Shown here one piece after another: positions 41,014 through 52,164 of a stretch of 64,000 nt of DNA (the first letter of the stretch is position 1; each line of letters begins with the position of its first letter). The notes beneath the pieces are model-generated. The model searched no databases and was not told the DNA's origin. It saw nothing but the letters and a program-made list of their open reading frames with translations. This DNA is from Stegostoma tigrinum (Eukaryota), in NCBI RefSeq assembly GCF_030684315.1, contig NC_081380.1, forward strand, positions 1,118,379 through 1,182,378. The letters are read 5' to 3'. The position numbers and the translations under genes were made by a program.

Positions 41014-41119
41014 CTAGCCCCCGAGTCGCTGTCCTTCACCCCAGTTGAAGCCCCCTGGCCGGTCCTCGGGCAACGGGTTGTAGTTGGGGTCTTCCTCCGG
41101 AATATCGAAAACAACTTTC
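41014..41119 (-). CDS. DERL2: DERL2 exon 7 (stop)
   Basis: [34 protein letters not shown] with C-terminal SHP box; total CDS 720 nt = 239 aa. Confidence 0.96.
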
Positions 41120-41320
41120 CTGCCAGGGAAAACAGAGGCCATTCCTGAGATAAGTTATGGAAACAACATGCAATAGAGTCAATAGCAATACTCGTAGATC
41201 AGGCTGGGTGTGAATAATCAGATCAAGATCATATTCTACACAGTAGTACACAACAGGAACAAGGCACAAAATCAGACTTTACTCCTGGAATAAACGCAGC
41301 AGTACGATACACTGTGCAAT

Positions 41321-41637
41321 AGGGCGGCATGGTGGCTCAGTGGTTAGCACTGCTGTCTCACAGCGCCAGGGACACAGGTTCGATTCCACCCTCAGGTGAC
41401 CGTCTGTGTGGAGTTTGCACATTCTGCCCACATCTGCGTGGGTTTCCTCTGGGTGATCAGGTTTCCACCCACAGTCCAAAGATGGGCGGGTTAGCTGGAA
41501 CGGCCAGAGAAAATGCACTGTTACAGGGACAGGGTGGGGTGGGGTGGGGGTGTCTAGGTAGCATGCTCTGGAGACATGCTCAAGACAGAACTTGATGGGC
41601 TGAATGGCCTGCTTACACACTGTACAGATTCTATGAT
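41321..41637 (+). mobile_element. V-SINE (HE1-like) in DERL2 intron 6
   Basis: gggcggcatggtggctcagtggttagcactgctg...ggttcgattcc...tgtgtggagtttgcacattct. Confidence 0.9.
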
Positions 41638-41681
41638 CTGTCCTAAACAATGAATGATCATTTAAGTGAAAATGAACTTAC

Positions 41682-41772
41682 AAAATGTTTGGTGTCCTGA
41701 GCAGCCGACCCCCACCAGGCTGGTTTGGAAACACGTCTTCCAAAAAATAATAGATATGGCCAACAGCAATGC
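41682..41772 (-). CDS. DERL2: DERL2 exon 6
   Basis: [30 protein letters not shown](L), GxxxG motif; ttttAG / GTAAGT; 91 nt. Confidence 0.95.
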
Positions 41773-44717
41773 CTAAAATGAAACAACAACTAGGTAAAGC
41801 TAGAAAGACAAAATAGCCACAGCATTACCTTAAATTACTAACCCATACGTAATGAAATACATTGTCACCAGGGCTTGTTTCATCCAGATTACCATCAATT
41901 TGCTATAGATTTTTCAGACTTCCTTGGATTGTAGAGTCTTATAGCCCATGAGCCTGCCCTATAAAAGCTACCCAATCAGGTGCACTCCCATTCTTTATCC
42001 AGAAAGTATTTATCCAATGCACTGAATCTTCTTCTGCCTTTCCTTCAGGTTTGCAATCCAGATGAAGCAACTTGCTGCGCAAAAGAATTTCTCCACATTT
42101 CCCCACTGCAATTATTTCAACTTTATCAATGGAAATGATTTGCTCCATCAAAACCTCTTGTTTACTCTTTGTCCATGAGGGTTTTATAAGTGCTGGATCC
42201 CTTGAGAATAAGGACTCTTTGGGTACAAAGGGGTACTTGGGGCATTAGAAAGAAGGCTCCAGGTTTGGCGGGACTAAGATATGGTGCTAGGCTCCAGAAA
42301 CAGGAGTACGACCATTTACCCTCAAGTGTGTTCAGTTATTATCTGGGATAATCGATGACTTAACTTCAAATTACCACTTTTACCCCATATTTCCCAAATA
42401 CCATTCATTAGTAAAACTAATATCAGATTTAATTATTCACACTAAGTGTTTCCTAGACTAATTCCTCGGAGACCTGGTTCTGGTGATTAGGCTACGGTTA
42501 CCTGTCCTCCACGTCCCACAGAAAGAAATGGCTTCTGTCTATCCTATTTAGCTATCAAATCATCCCTCCCACCTTCAAAGTTCCAGGGAATACCACCCTA
42601 CCTTTTATCTCATTGTAAATTAAACCTTGGAGTCCAGGTATTACCATGGTGAATCTACACCACATTTTCTTCAAGGTCAATATTCCCTTCCTAAATTATG
42701 CTGCCTAAATCAGCTTGCTCAATCCCCGAAGTGTGGTCTGACTCCTTTTGTTGACCTCAAAAGGAACTGTTCACTTAAATGAAATAAAGCTTTGAGGATG
42801 CAATTTCCTTTTGGTGTTCAAAGTCTTTACGATAAAGTAAAAATTCTCTCAAATCCTCAGGCTAATAGCACCATTAACCCTGTACAAAAGGTCTTAGAGA
42901 AGGAAAAAAATTGTATGATAAAAATGGTTTACATCCATATTAATATCAGTTTTGGAATTTCTATTTCAAAATAGAAGGTGATAGGTGTTGGTTACTTTTG
43001 GGAAGAGTTTTCTTATAAATGAAAAAGGCCAGAGAGTTATTGTGTAACAGGCGCTAAATTCAGCATTTGTCAAAAAGCAGCTGACTGCACACTTTGGTGG
43101 TGTTAACTGAAATATGTTTATGCTGTTGAGTTTATGACAGGTAGGGTAAACATTCAAGGTCATTGCTTACAGTTCAGAAGAATCTAAAATTGAGCAAGTT
43201 TTATTTTAAATTTAGTTCAGAAAACACCAAACTTGAATGCAGGTGCAGTTTAGTTTCTCTCCTAGAAGGCGTTTAGTTCATGAAACTTCCAAATCATGAG
43301 AATTTGGTCAGAAGTCTACAGTTTATTAGAACTAAGATAAGTTAGGTTCTCCGATGTGCAAAACATTTGCAACAACATACTTGGAAAGGACTCATCATCA
43401 ATTTGTCTCTACAGTGCGAGGCAAAAATAAAATCAGTTCAGTAGAAATTTAGAATTGAGATGGGGTGCAATTTCTCTGGACCTGAATGTGTCTGTAATGG
43501 GCAGGAAAAAGGTTGGAATTTAGCTGTGCTGTGTTCTTACTTAGATCTTGTTAACTGTCATTTATATTTAGACAGCTTGTATTTCTACTTATTCTTTTTT
43601 GAAATAACATTTTGTTGTACTGATAAGAAAATCTACAGCCTCAAGTGGATATGTCCTTGTGACTCACCACCAAGTTAACTAACCAAACAGATAAAAACAC
43701 ATGATCCATCAACACATATACACAAAAATCTGCAAGTACTGCAGATGCCGGAAATCAGAAACAAAAACAGAAATTGCAGGTAAAAGCACAGCATCTGTAA
43801 AGAAAAATCAAAGTTAGCATTTCAGGTCCAGTGACCCTTCTGCAAAACTGATGCTACCTGGGATGATGAGGTAGGGGAGATAGAGCCCAAAGAGACAGAA
43901 AAACAGTTAGACAAAGGAATGATTAAAAGTTAGTCCGGGGAAATGAAAGCTGTTAATGGGTGCTATTGGTAGGATTGGGTGTGGTAGCAGCCCAAGTGAT
44001 AACAAGACCTCAGGTTTGGGGGTTGGGGTAAAGCTTTGGCCTCAAGTTTTAAAATTGTTGAATTCAATATTAAGTCCAGGAGGCTGCAGAAAATAAGGTG
44101 CTGCTCTTCCAGCTTGCGCTGAGATTCACTGGAGCACTGCAGCCTACAACAGAGATGTTAACTGGGGAGCAGTGTTGTGTGTTGAAGTGGTAAAATATGA
44201 CCTATCCAGATAGGTTTACTTCTAGGATCTGACTTGTCCAGTATTACCATCATCTGAGATCATAACCAGCGTTCCTTCTAATTACTACTTCTGCTGCATG
44301 AGGCTGAGAGATCCAGAACAGGAAGTCAATTTTGCAGTTCATGCCGTCATACTGATTGTCATGTGCAGAACGTCCGAGTGGCTGTACAAATTAAGTGAGA
44401 GATCAGAAGCATGATCTCAAGGGATTGCATGTCCAAGTCAGTACTAAACAGTTAAATACAAGCTAGAAAAACACTGCCGGATGGAAAGGTTTGCATCATC
44501 TAATTCTGTTTGCAATGTCTCAACAATCAGACTGGGCAGGTGTGACCTGTACTGGATGGATCTGCACAAGACAATGATCACTTTCTGAGCTGTGTAAATA
44601 AATAGAGATGATGGAAATGCAAATGAACAGGTAAAACAGAACGTAAAGTAACAAGATCTGAATTGTTTGAGACTTTTGCTTGTATGAGATTTTTATTCCT
44701 GTTATGATATTTCTATC

Positions 44718-45016
44718 ACATAGATCATAGAACCCTTACAGTGTGGGAACAGGCCCTTTAGCCCAACAAGTCCACACTGACCTAGCTTCCATATCCCACT
44801 TAAGATACACATTCCTGAACACTATGGGCAATTTATCATGGCCAATCCACCTAGTCTGCACATCTTTGGAGTGTGGGAGGAAGCCAGAGCACCTGGAGGA
44901 AACCCATGCAGACATGGGGAGAATGTGTAAACTCCACACAGTCACCCGAGGGTGGAATCGAACCTGGGTCCCTGGCGCTGTGAGACAGCAGTGCTAAACA
45001 CTGAGCAATGGTGCTG
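44718..45016 (-). mobile_element. V-SINE (HE1-like) in DERL2 intron 5
   Basis: Same family, reverse orientation. Confidence 0.9.
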
Positions 45017-45374
45017 CTAATCTGTTTCTATTTGGTCTACTCATTGTTAATGTCCAGGGATATATTATCTTCTGATAATATTACAGCTAACAGATGATGG
45101 TCAAAGGAATAACGGGCTACTTAAAAATCAGACATCTATTAAGCAGATTTACAGGTTACTTTAATTTCTAAAAAATAAGCAGTATACAATTCAGAATTGA
45201 TTCGGATGCAGAATAGCACCAACAGTTAACCACACCAAATTTTCAGCTTCCTCCCCAAATAATACCATGAAATGGTCAAATCATATCATATTTATATTCA
45301 GACATCGTGACATTCGAAGAACACCGCTCTCATTCCGTTCAATGTTTTTCTTTGACGTGATATTGCTTCCTTAC

Positions 45375-45570
45375 CTAGCAAATCCACTATGATTGAATTT
45401 CCAAGCAACAATGAGAAGCCCATTAGTACCCAGGGCAGGAATGGAGCCTGAAAATTAAGGAGCCCAAAGAAGTTCATCCTGACGTAAGGATTTCTCCTGC
45501 TCCATATGTAGACGAGCATAATGGTAAAGGCCTGACCCAGGAACACTAGATTTACAAACAAGCCAAAGAT
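45375..45570 (-). CDS. DERL2: DERL2 exon 5
   Basis: [65 protein letters not shown](G); GTAAGG donor; 196 nt. Confidence 0.96.
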
Positions 45571-46665
45571 CTGACATAAAATTAAGGAGGAGAAAAGTCA
45601 AACATTTTCAACAGAATTATCAGATTTCTGGGCCTGTGTCAAACAAGATAAAGATGGGGTGAATAAGAGGGACAAGAATAGGGGGGGCAGGTGCATGGAT
45701 GAAGATGACAGGAAGGTCAGAGAAGGGAGAGGAGGACAAGGAGAGCTTGTCCCTCATTATTCATTTCAGTAAGGCATCACTATCTACCCGATGTGCATAA
45801 CATTTACGAATAATAACATGTTCTTTGATTGTTTGTGACTTTCACCTGTGTTCGAGGTGCCCTATTTGAGTCAAAATGCTCAATGAAGCAATTCCATTTG
45901 AAAAGGTAACAACAGAATATTTTAAGCATGACAGCACATGAAGAAGACATATCCACTGGACACTGCTAGGTGTGGCAGTGCCATGAGGCAAGATGGAAGC
46001 TACGCAATGAGAATCAGCTTCAGACACTGTCAACCTGATTTGCACTCTTTTATGAATGGGTGCTTCTATGATTTTAAATGAGAACTATACAGGCCATACA
46101 ACACCCTAGAAACATATTATGGGATACACAATGTATGAACATCCAACTCACAGAAGTGATTAATGGAATCCCATGTGGGGTGTATTAACAACAATTTTAA
46201 AGATCTGACATACATTAGAGAGTACTTATGAACGGCTATTTTACATTATGTATTGTGTTTTGACTTTCGACTTTCATACAAGTCTGTCCACTTGCAAAGG
46301 GACTCAGGGATGCAACCCATTCGCAACCTGCAGATTGCCTGTATGATAGACTAGCAATAGACTAAAAATAAAAGCACAGCAGACCAAAGACAATTACTAA
46401 GGTAAAAGAACAATGAGTTTATAGAGGTATGAAGGTCCTCAGTGTGATTCAAGTCTGTGCTGAGGTTACTGAACTTCACCAGTAGGCTGTGGGAAGCTAT
46501 TATTAGATGGGATGAGGATATGAGTGACATTGGAAGTCACTGAGCTCTGTGGCAAAGTATTAATGTTATTAAATGACAGCTGTACGCTTGTTAAATGTAT
46601 TTAGTTAATTTACTGATCTCCTATAGTTTGATAACATATATTTTAAAGAAAAAGCTGAAAGATAC

Positions 46666-46759
46666 AGTCATTAAAAATCCACCGAAGAGAAACATAAAGA
46701 CAAAGTCTGCAGTTCGACCCCTGAATGAGCCTTCTTCAAGCATCCGGCAATATCGATAT
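46666..46759 (-). CDS. DERL2: DERL2 exon 4
   Basis: [31 protein letters not shown]; preceded by TTTTCTTAAC branch site, followed by GTATCTTT donor; 94 nt. Confidence 0.96.
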
Positions 46760-46996
46760 CTGCAGTAATGGTTAAGAAAATGCAAGGTGTAGCAAAGTAA
46801 AACTTTTTGCAAGCATAAAATATTTTTGGAGGGAATAAACACTGTCTTTAAACTGGATCTCTTTATCTGTTGCAAATGCAATTTGTAAATAGACATTTTT
46901 TTCTGTCATTTGCAATAATCAACCAACTTAATTCTTATGCAAAAATCAGTTTTCTGAAATTTCTACGTGTAATTTCAACAGCAGTCAAAAGGATAC

Positions 46997-47070
46997 AGGA
47001 ATATCATATTAAACAAAAAATTAAATCCCACGGTTCCAAAAAACAGGAAATTTGTGATTAATCTCCAAAC
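46997..47070 (-). CDS. DERL2: DERL2 exon 3
   Basis: [24 protein letters not shown](L) with the rhomboid-family WR motif; followed by U12-type donor GTATCCTTTT; 74 nt. Confidence 0.96.
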
Positions 47071-47966
47071 CTACAAGAAAAGAAAACATGGGTTAATGTT
47101 ACAGTCTGGAAGTCCATTTCATTTCCTTTATGTGTTGCTCCTCTTGACAGTACTCAGCTAAGTAACAGCACTGATACTAAAGACATCACTTCAAAGTGTA
47201 TTGAGGAAGAAGGGAATTGGAATTGTGAAGGTTCCTCGGGAATGTCAACGAGCACCTTGCCAGCATCATCATCGTAATGCCAGTCAACGCCCTGGTAACA
47301 TCAACCAATGAACACCAGAAACTGGGGAGGGCGCAGAGAAAGCCGTGACTAGCTGTCTCCACAACTGTCAATGGAAAATGATGTGAGAAATCAAACAGAC
47401 TGAGGAAATCTGAAGGGCACAATGCAGTCAGTGTGCGGGAAGTATGTTTTCAGGTTCTCAATAACTATCTCCAAGGACAGAGTTCCTGATGTTCACTCTG
47501 ATACTGGGCACTTTCTGAAAGGAGGCTGGGGAATCAGTCACCTGTGGCCAATGATGTATCCCAGCCCTGAGATACTACCGCAAGTAGGCAATGAAGAACA
47601 CTACAGGACAGGGTGAGAAATGAACAAATAACTTACTAACGACATCACAGCAATTGATAAAAATCAACTCTCAGGTATATAGCTACTTTAAATTCCTGCT
47701 GTTCAACTTATAATTCACAAAGCCACCAGAGCCTGTGCAATTCAGCATTTTCCGACATTATCAGAACAAGGGCAAACAACCGGTTGACTCAATCAATGAA
47801 ATGCTGGCCTAAGAGATGTAATGTTCAGACGGCTGTTGAAGAACAGTATTGAACCTACTGTCACAGAAGGGGAAATAACTGCTGCTGTACTGGAAATATT
47901 AGGAATGGTGATTATATACACTATCCATGCAGCATAATGTATTAAACTTACAAACACAACACTTAC

Positions 47967-48032
47967 CTGATAGTGTTTAAATATAAGCTCGGGATTGAAG
48001 TACAACTGGAATGGTGTGATTATTTCTAATTG
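47967..48032 (-). CDS. DERL2: DERL2 exon 2
   Basis: [22 protein letters not shown]; tttcAG / GTAAGT; 66 nt. Confidence 0.96.
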
Positions 48033-48559
48033 CTGAAAGAAAATAAACAAGGCATTTACTTTTCACGAAGAAATAAAAGAAGAAAATTGTACCTCATAGC
48101 ATCTTTCTTACATTATCCTAAAACAACTTACAACAGATGACGTACTTTTGAAATGCAGTCTTAAAGTACGCCCACAATACAATGGGATAAATGATGGTAC
48201 AGAGATACAATAGCTATAGGAGACTCCAGTTATGATGATAGGTAATTGTTTCTGCAACCGCTGACATGAGCCCTGCGATGTCTATTGCTCCCCTCATACC
48301 ACAGTAAAGGATTGACTAGGTGCAGAATATTTTGAGGGAGGAATATAGAAGCTCATCTGTGAACCAGGAATACAGGGACAGAAAGGATTATGATCTGCTG
48401 AGGTTTGAGGAGTTCTGGAAGAAGTTAAAGAGCAGGATCTCACAGATAATCTTGGAATCAATCACAGTGCTATGCATAAGCTTGATTATAGGAAAAGTAA
48501 AATAAAAGGGGTTAACACGTGGCTGGAGAAATGGTGCAGAAGTATGAACCTTAGGTTCA

Positions 48560-48868
48560 TTCAAAGAATCCCTACAGTGTGGGGACAGGCCCTTCGGCCG
48601 ACAAATCCACACTGACCCACAGAGCATCCCGCCCAGACCCATCCCCCATAACCCACCAAATCTACACACCCCTCAACACTACCGGCAATTTAGCACGGCA
48701 AGTCCACCTAACCTGCACATCATTGGACTATCGGAGGAAACCGGAGCAAACCCACGCAGACACGGGAAGAATGTGCAAACGCCACACAGAATCGCCCAAG
48801 GGTGGAATCGAGCCCGGGCCCCTGGTGCTGAGAGGCAGCACTGCTAAGCACTGAGCCACCATGCTGCC
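48560..48868 (-). mobile_element. V-SINE (HE1-like)
   Basis: Same family; retains CpGs, so probably young. Confidence 0.9.
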
Positions 48869-50859
48869 AGTAGTGTCAACTGAGGCAGGAGTTATTTTCA
48901 AGGTAAATAAATTGTACCTAAACAATATCCTTGATTAATTTAGTGCGGGGTGCACAAATCGAAGATAAACAAAGTACACAGAAAATACATAATATAATTC
49001 CAGGGAGTTTGGTTTTGTGGACAGATTGGAGATACTGGGAATGTTTTCCTTGGAGTTTGACAAAATGTTCAGCAGAGGTATTCAAAATCATGAAGTCAAT
49101 GGAAAAGATGGAAAGGAATTGCTCTCATAGAAACATAGAAGATAGGAGGAGTTGGAAAGTAAAGAGCCTATGGATTTAACTGCCAAAACAAAATTGGTGA
49201 CATAATAAACAACATTTTAAATAACTGGTTGGATCTGGAACGTGCTGCCTTTCAATCAGGGCTTTCCAGATCTTCATCTGGAGACAAAGGGCCTGGTGAA
49301 GGTACAAACTGAGCACTTTTAGTCTGGCCTCACAAGAGGAAGTTTTACCAGAAAAACAGCAGGAGAGGAGGAGTGGAAAAAATTGGATAAGATTGAAATT
49401 GGTGAAGAAGAGGAACATAAAAGAAAGCTAGTTCTCAAAGCAAGAAAATCCTCAGGTTTTGATGTAATGTATCCTGGATTGCCAAAAGACGCAAGGATGG
49501 AAATCACGGAAAAGCTGGGCCCAAGCACCAAAGCATCCTTCGAAATTGGGCTGATGCCACAGGACTGAAGGGTGATGGACTAGAGCAGGAACAGTCCATG
49601 AAGCATGTTGTGAGGAAGAGACACTTACGAGAGATTTTTATGGCCAGATTGTGAAGAACAGAAAGAAGGTGAATAATTGTGAATCTCTTGTAAAGTTGTG
49701 AGATTTGATGGCCCAATATGCATTGATATCTGGGGACGGGCTGACATGCTTAGAAATCTTTGGTATTTTTCATTATCACACTTTTTATTTGATGGGCACC
49801 ATGGGTGTTTAATCACAGATGGTTATTCATATATATAACTAATTCATTGTTTAACTGCTCACCATATTCTGGATTACACATTGTACGTGCATTGTAGATT
49901 ACATTACTGTATTAACATTGTAAAATTTATTTTTCTTTGTTTAAAATCGACAAAATGTTGTGTCTTCATTCTCCTAGTAAAACTCTTGCATCTTACCTTT
50001 TATCTACTATAAAAACAAATGCTACTTGTTCCTAACAATACGATATCATAATTTAGTGATCTTGTCTGGGATCATACACAAAGCTGATGGTCCATTCTGG
50101 AACCATAGAACTAAATCCATGCATTATGTAAAAGCTAAGTTTCTCCTGACTTCCACACTGTCACAGAGTTTCCAGTTTCTTCTTCCTGCTTCCTTTTCCT
50201 TTAAATGGCTCAAAAGCTATCGCATTTCTATCTTTCTTCAGCTCTGATTAAAGGTCATCAACCTCAAATGTTAACACTGTTTCTATCTTCACTGACATTG
50301 CCTGGCCTGCTGTAAATTCAAGCATTGATTGATTTTATTTCAATTTTCTATCACTCTACTTTTGTACAAAAAACAAGGATGTCTTGTTAAATCTTCAAAA
50401 AAACATTGGCTGGATCTTAGCTCAAGGAATGTGTCGAATTCTGGACACGGTTAAAGTAGCATATTGGATCCTTGGAGAAAGACGACAGTTATGCTAGAGA
50501 TGATGGTCTTCAGTTTCCAGGGAAGACTAGGGTAACTCAGGTAATTTTACATCTGAGAGGAGGAAGAGAAGATTTGTATTCAAAATGATGAGTGGCTTTG
50601 AAATGTCAAAGGCACAAACCATTAACCTGGTTTGGTGGTGTTAGTTGAGGGATGAACTGCAGTCAGGAGCTGTAAAACATTCTTTAGATGGAGGAATGGG
50701 ATCTTTCACATGCACTTGAGAAAGTACACGGTCACTCAGTTTAAAGGTTCACGCTAAAGATGACACTTGGAGAGTGAAGCGTTACCTCAGTCATGAAGTA
50801 AGCCTACATTATGGGTTTAAGCCTCTGAAGAATAGCTTGAATCCACAAGCACCTAATAA

Positions 50860-51157
50860 AGGGGGTCATGGTAACTTAGTGATTAGCACTGCTGCCTCAC
50901 AACACCAGGGACCCATGTTCAATTCCAGCCTCAGGCACATCTCCTTGTGTCTATGTGGGTTTCCTCCCACAGTCCAAAGATGTGCAGGTTAGGAAGACTG
51001 GCTGTGCTAAAAAGTGTCCAAGGATGTGTAGGTTAAGTGGATTAGCCATGGGAAATGCAGGATTGGTTGGTTGGGGGTGGGGGGGGGGGGGGGGAATGCT
51101 CTTCAGAGTATCAGTGTGAACTTGTTGGCTCAAATGGCCACACTGTAGGGACTCTAT
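50860..51157 (+). mobile_element. V-SINE (HE1-like)
   Basis: Same family with internal deletion/duplication and a poly-G run. Confidence 0.8.
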
Positions 51158-51469
51158 CAATAGGATATTATTAAACATCAATATGATATTATTAAACATT
51201 ACCAGCAATGGCAAGTTAGCAAAAATACATTTAAGATTCAATAATGAACACAGGTATATGCAAATCTCTCTAAATTCAAATGTGCAGTTGTGTTCTGTAG
51301 ATTATTCAACACACCTAAGTTGTATTGTGAAACAGTGCAGATGAAGTTCATGCTCCAGATGATTCATTTTAGGTTCTCCAGTGAATCATCTGAACATTTG
51401 TAAAACATGGGTCATTACCAGGAATATTAAACAGGGGTGAGACTAACTAAACTGGTGAGAGGGGTGAGA

Positions 51470-51560
51470 GCTTCGTTGGAGGCTCACTGATGATGTTACC
51501 TAGAATGGTGACGAAATGTCTGAAAACGAACCTTCCAGCTCAGCGAGCAAACTCACATCC
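51470..51560 (+). mobile_element. Solo 91-nt Penelope pLTR/hammerhead fragment in DERL2 intron 1
   Basis: Near-identical to 24341-24431; flanked by ~26-nt direct repeats (51433-51458 / 51561-51586). Confidence 0.85.
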
Positions 51561-51829
51561 AGGAGTGAGACTAACTATACTGGTGACACACGCAATCCTC
51601 AACGGTCATGAATGTCAACTTAGCTCCCTAACTATAGTGTGACATTCACAATGACAAACTCATTTACTGCACTACGCTGAGTTAACTACACAGGTGCTGA
51701 TACAATGTTGTAAGACAGTTATTCTGTTACTTTCTCATCAACCATGAAACTGTATTAAATTATGCTGGAAAACTGGTAAGAAGGGGAGATCGGACTAAGA
51801 AAAAAAAGAGAGAACAAGGTGTATGCACA

Positions 51830-52164
51830 AGAATCCCTAGAGTGTGGAAACAGGCCATTCACCCCAACAAGTCCACACTCACTCTCCGAACAGCATCTCA
51901 CCCAGACTCAGCCCCCTATGCTGTCCCTGCAGCCTCCCAAAACTAATTCATCTAACCTACACATCCCCAGACACAATGGGCAATTTATCACAGCCAATCC
52001 ACTTAACCTGCACATCTTTAGACAATGGGAAGAAATCAGATCACCCAGAAGAAACTCACACAGACACGCAAACTCCAGATAGAGAGTCACCCAAGGACAG
52101 AATCAAACCTGGGTCCCTGGCAATGCGAGGCAGCAGTGCTAACCACTGAACCATCGTGCTGCCC
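51830..52164 (-). mobile_element. V-SINE (HE1-like)
   Basis: Same family. Confidence 0.85.

Larger units (their letters stand above)
30400..42244 (-). pseudogene. Putative decayed EVC2/limbin-like gene (segments ~41939-42244, 40500-40950, 40186-40328, 39700-39791, 38690-39005, 31900-32240, 30410-30510)
   Basis: Colinear peptide similarities to human EVC2 judged by eye, several segments with splice-like borders, many in-frame stops; see findings. Confidence 0.55.

Noticed and set aside
41321-41395. tRNA-like sequence with A/B boxes (also in other copies)
   Set aside because: Head of a V-SINE continuing into SINE body and LINE-like tail; not a tRNA gene
41120-41681. DERL2 intron 6 as a third U12 intron (TTCCATAAC at 41154-41162)
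   Set aside because: Donor is U2-type GTAAGT, a pyrimidine tract is present and the motif is ~34 nt from the AG; at most a vestige
42966-43163. Cys-containing 65-aa minus-strand ORF as a first exon of the EVC2-like gene
   Set aside because: No convincing signal peptide, similarity or splice donor
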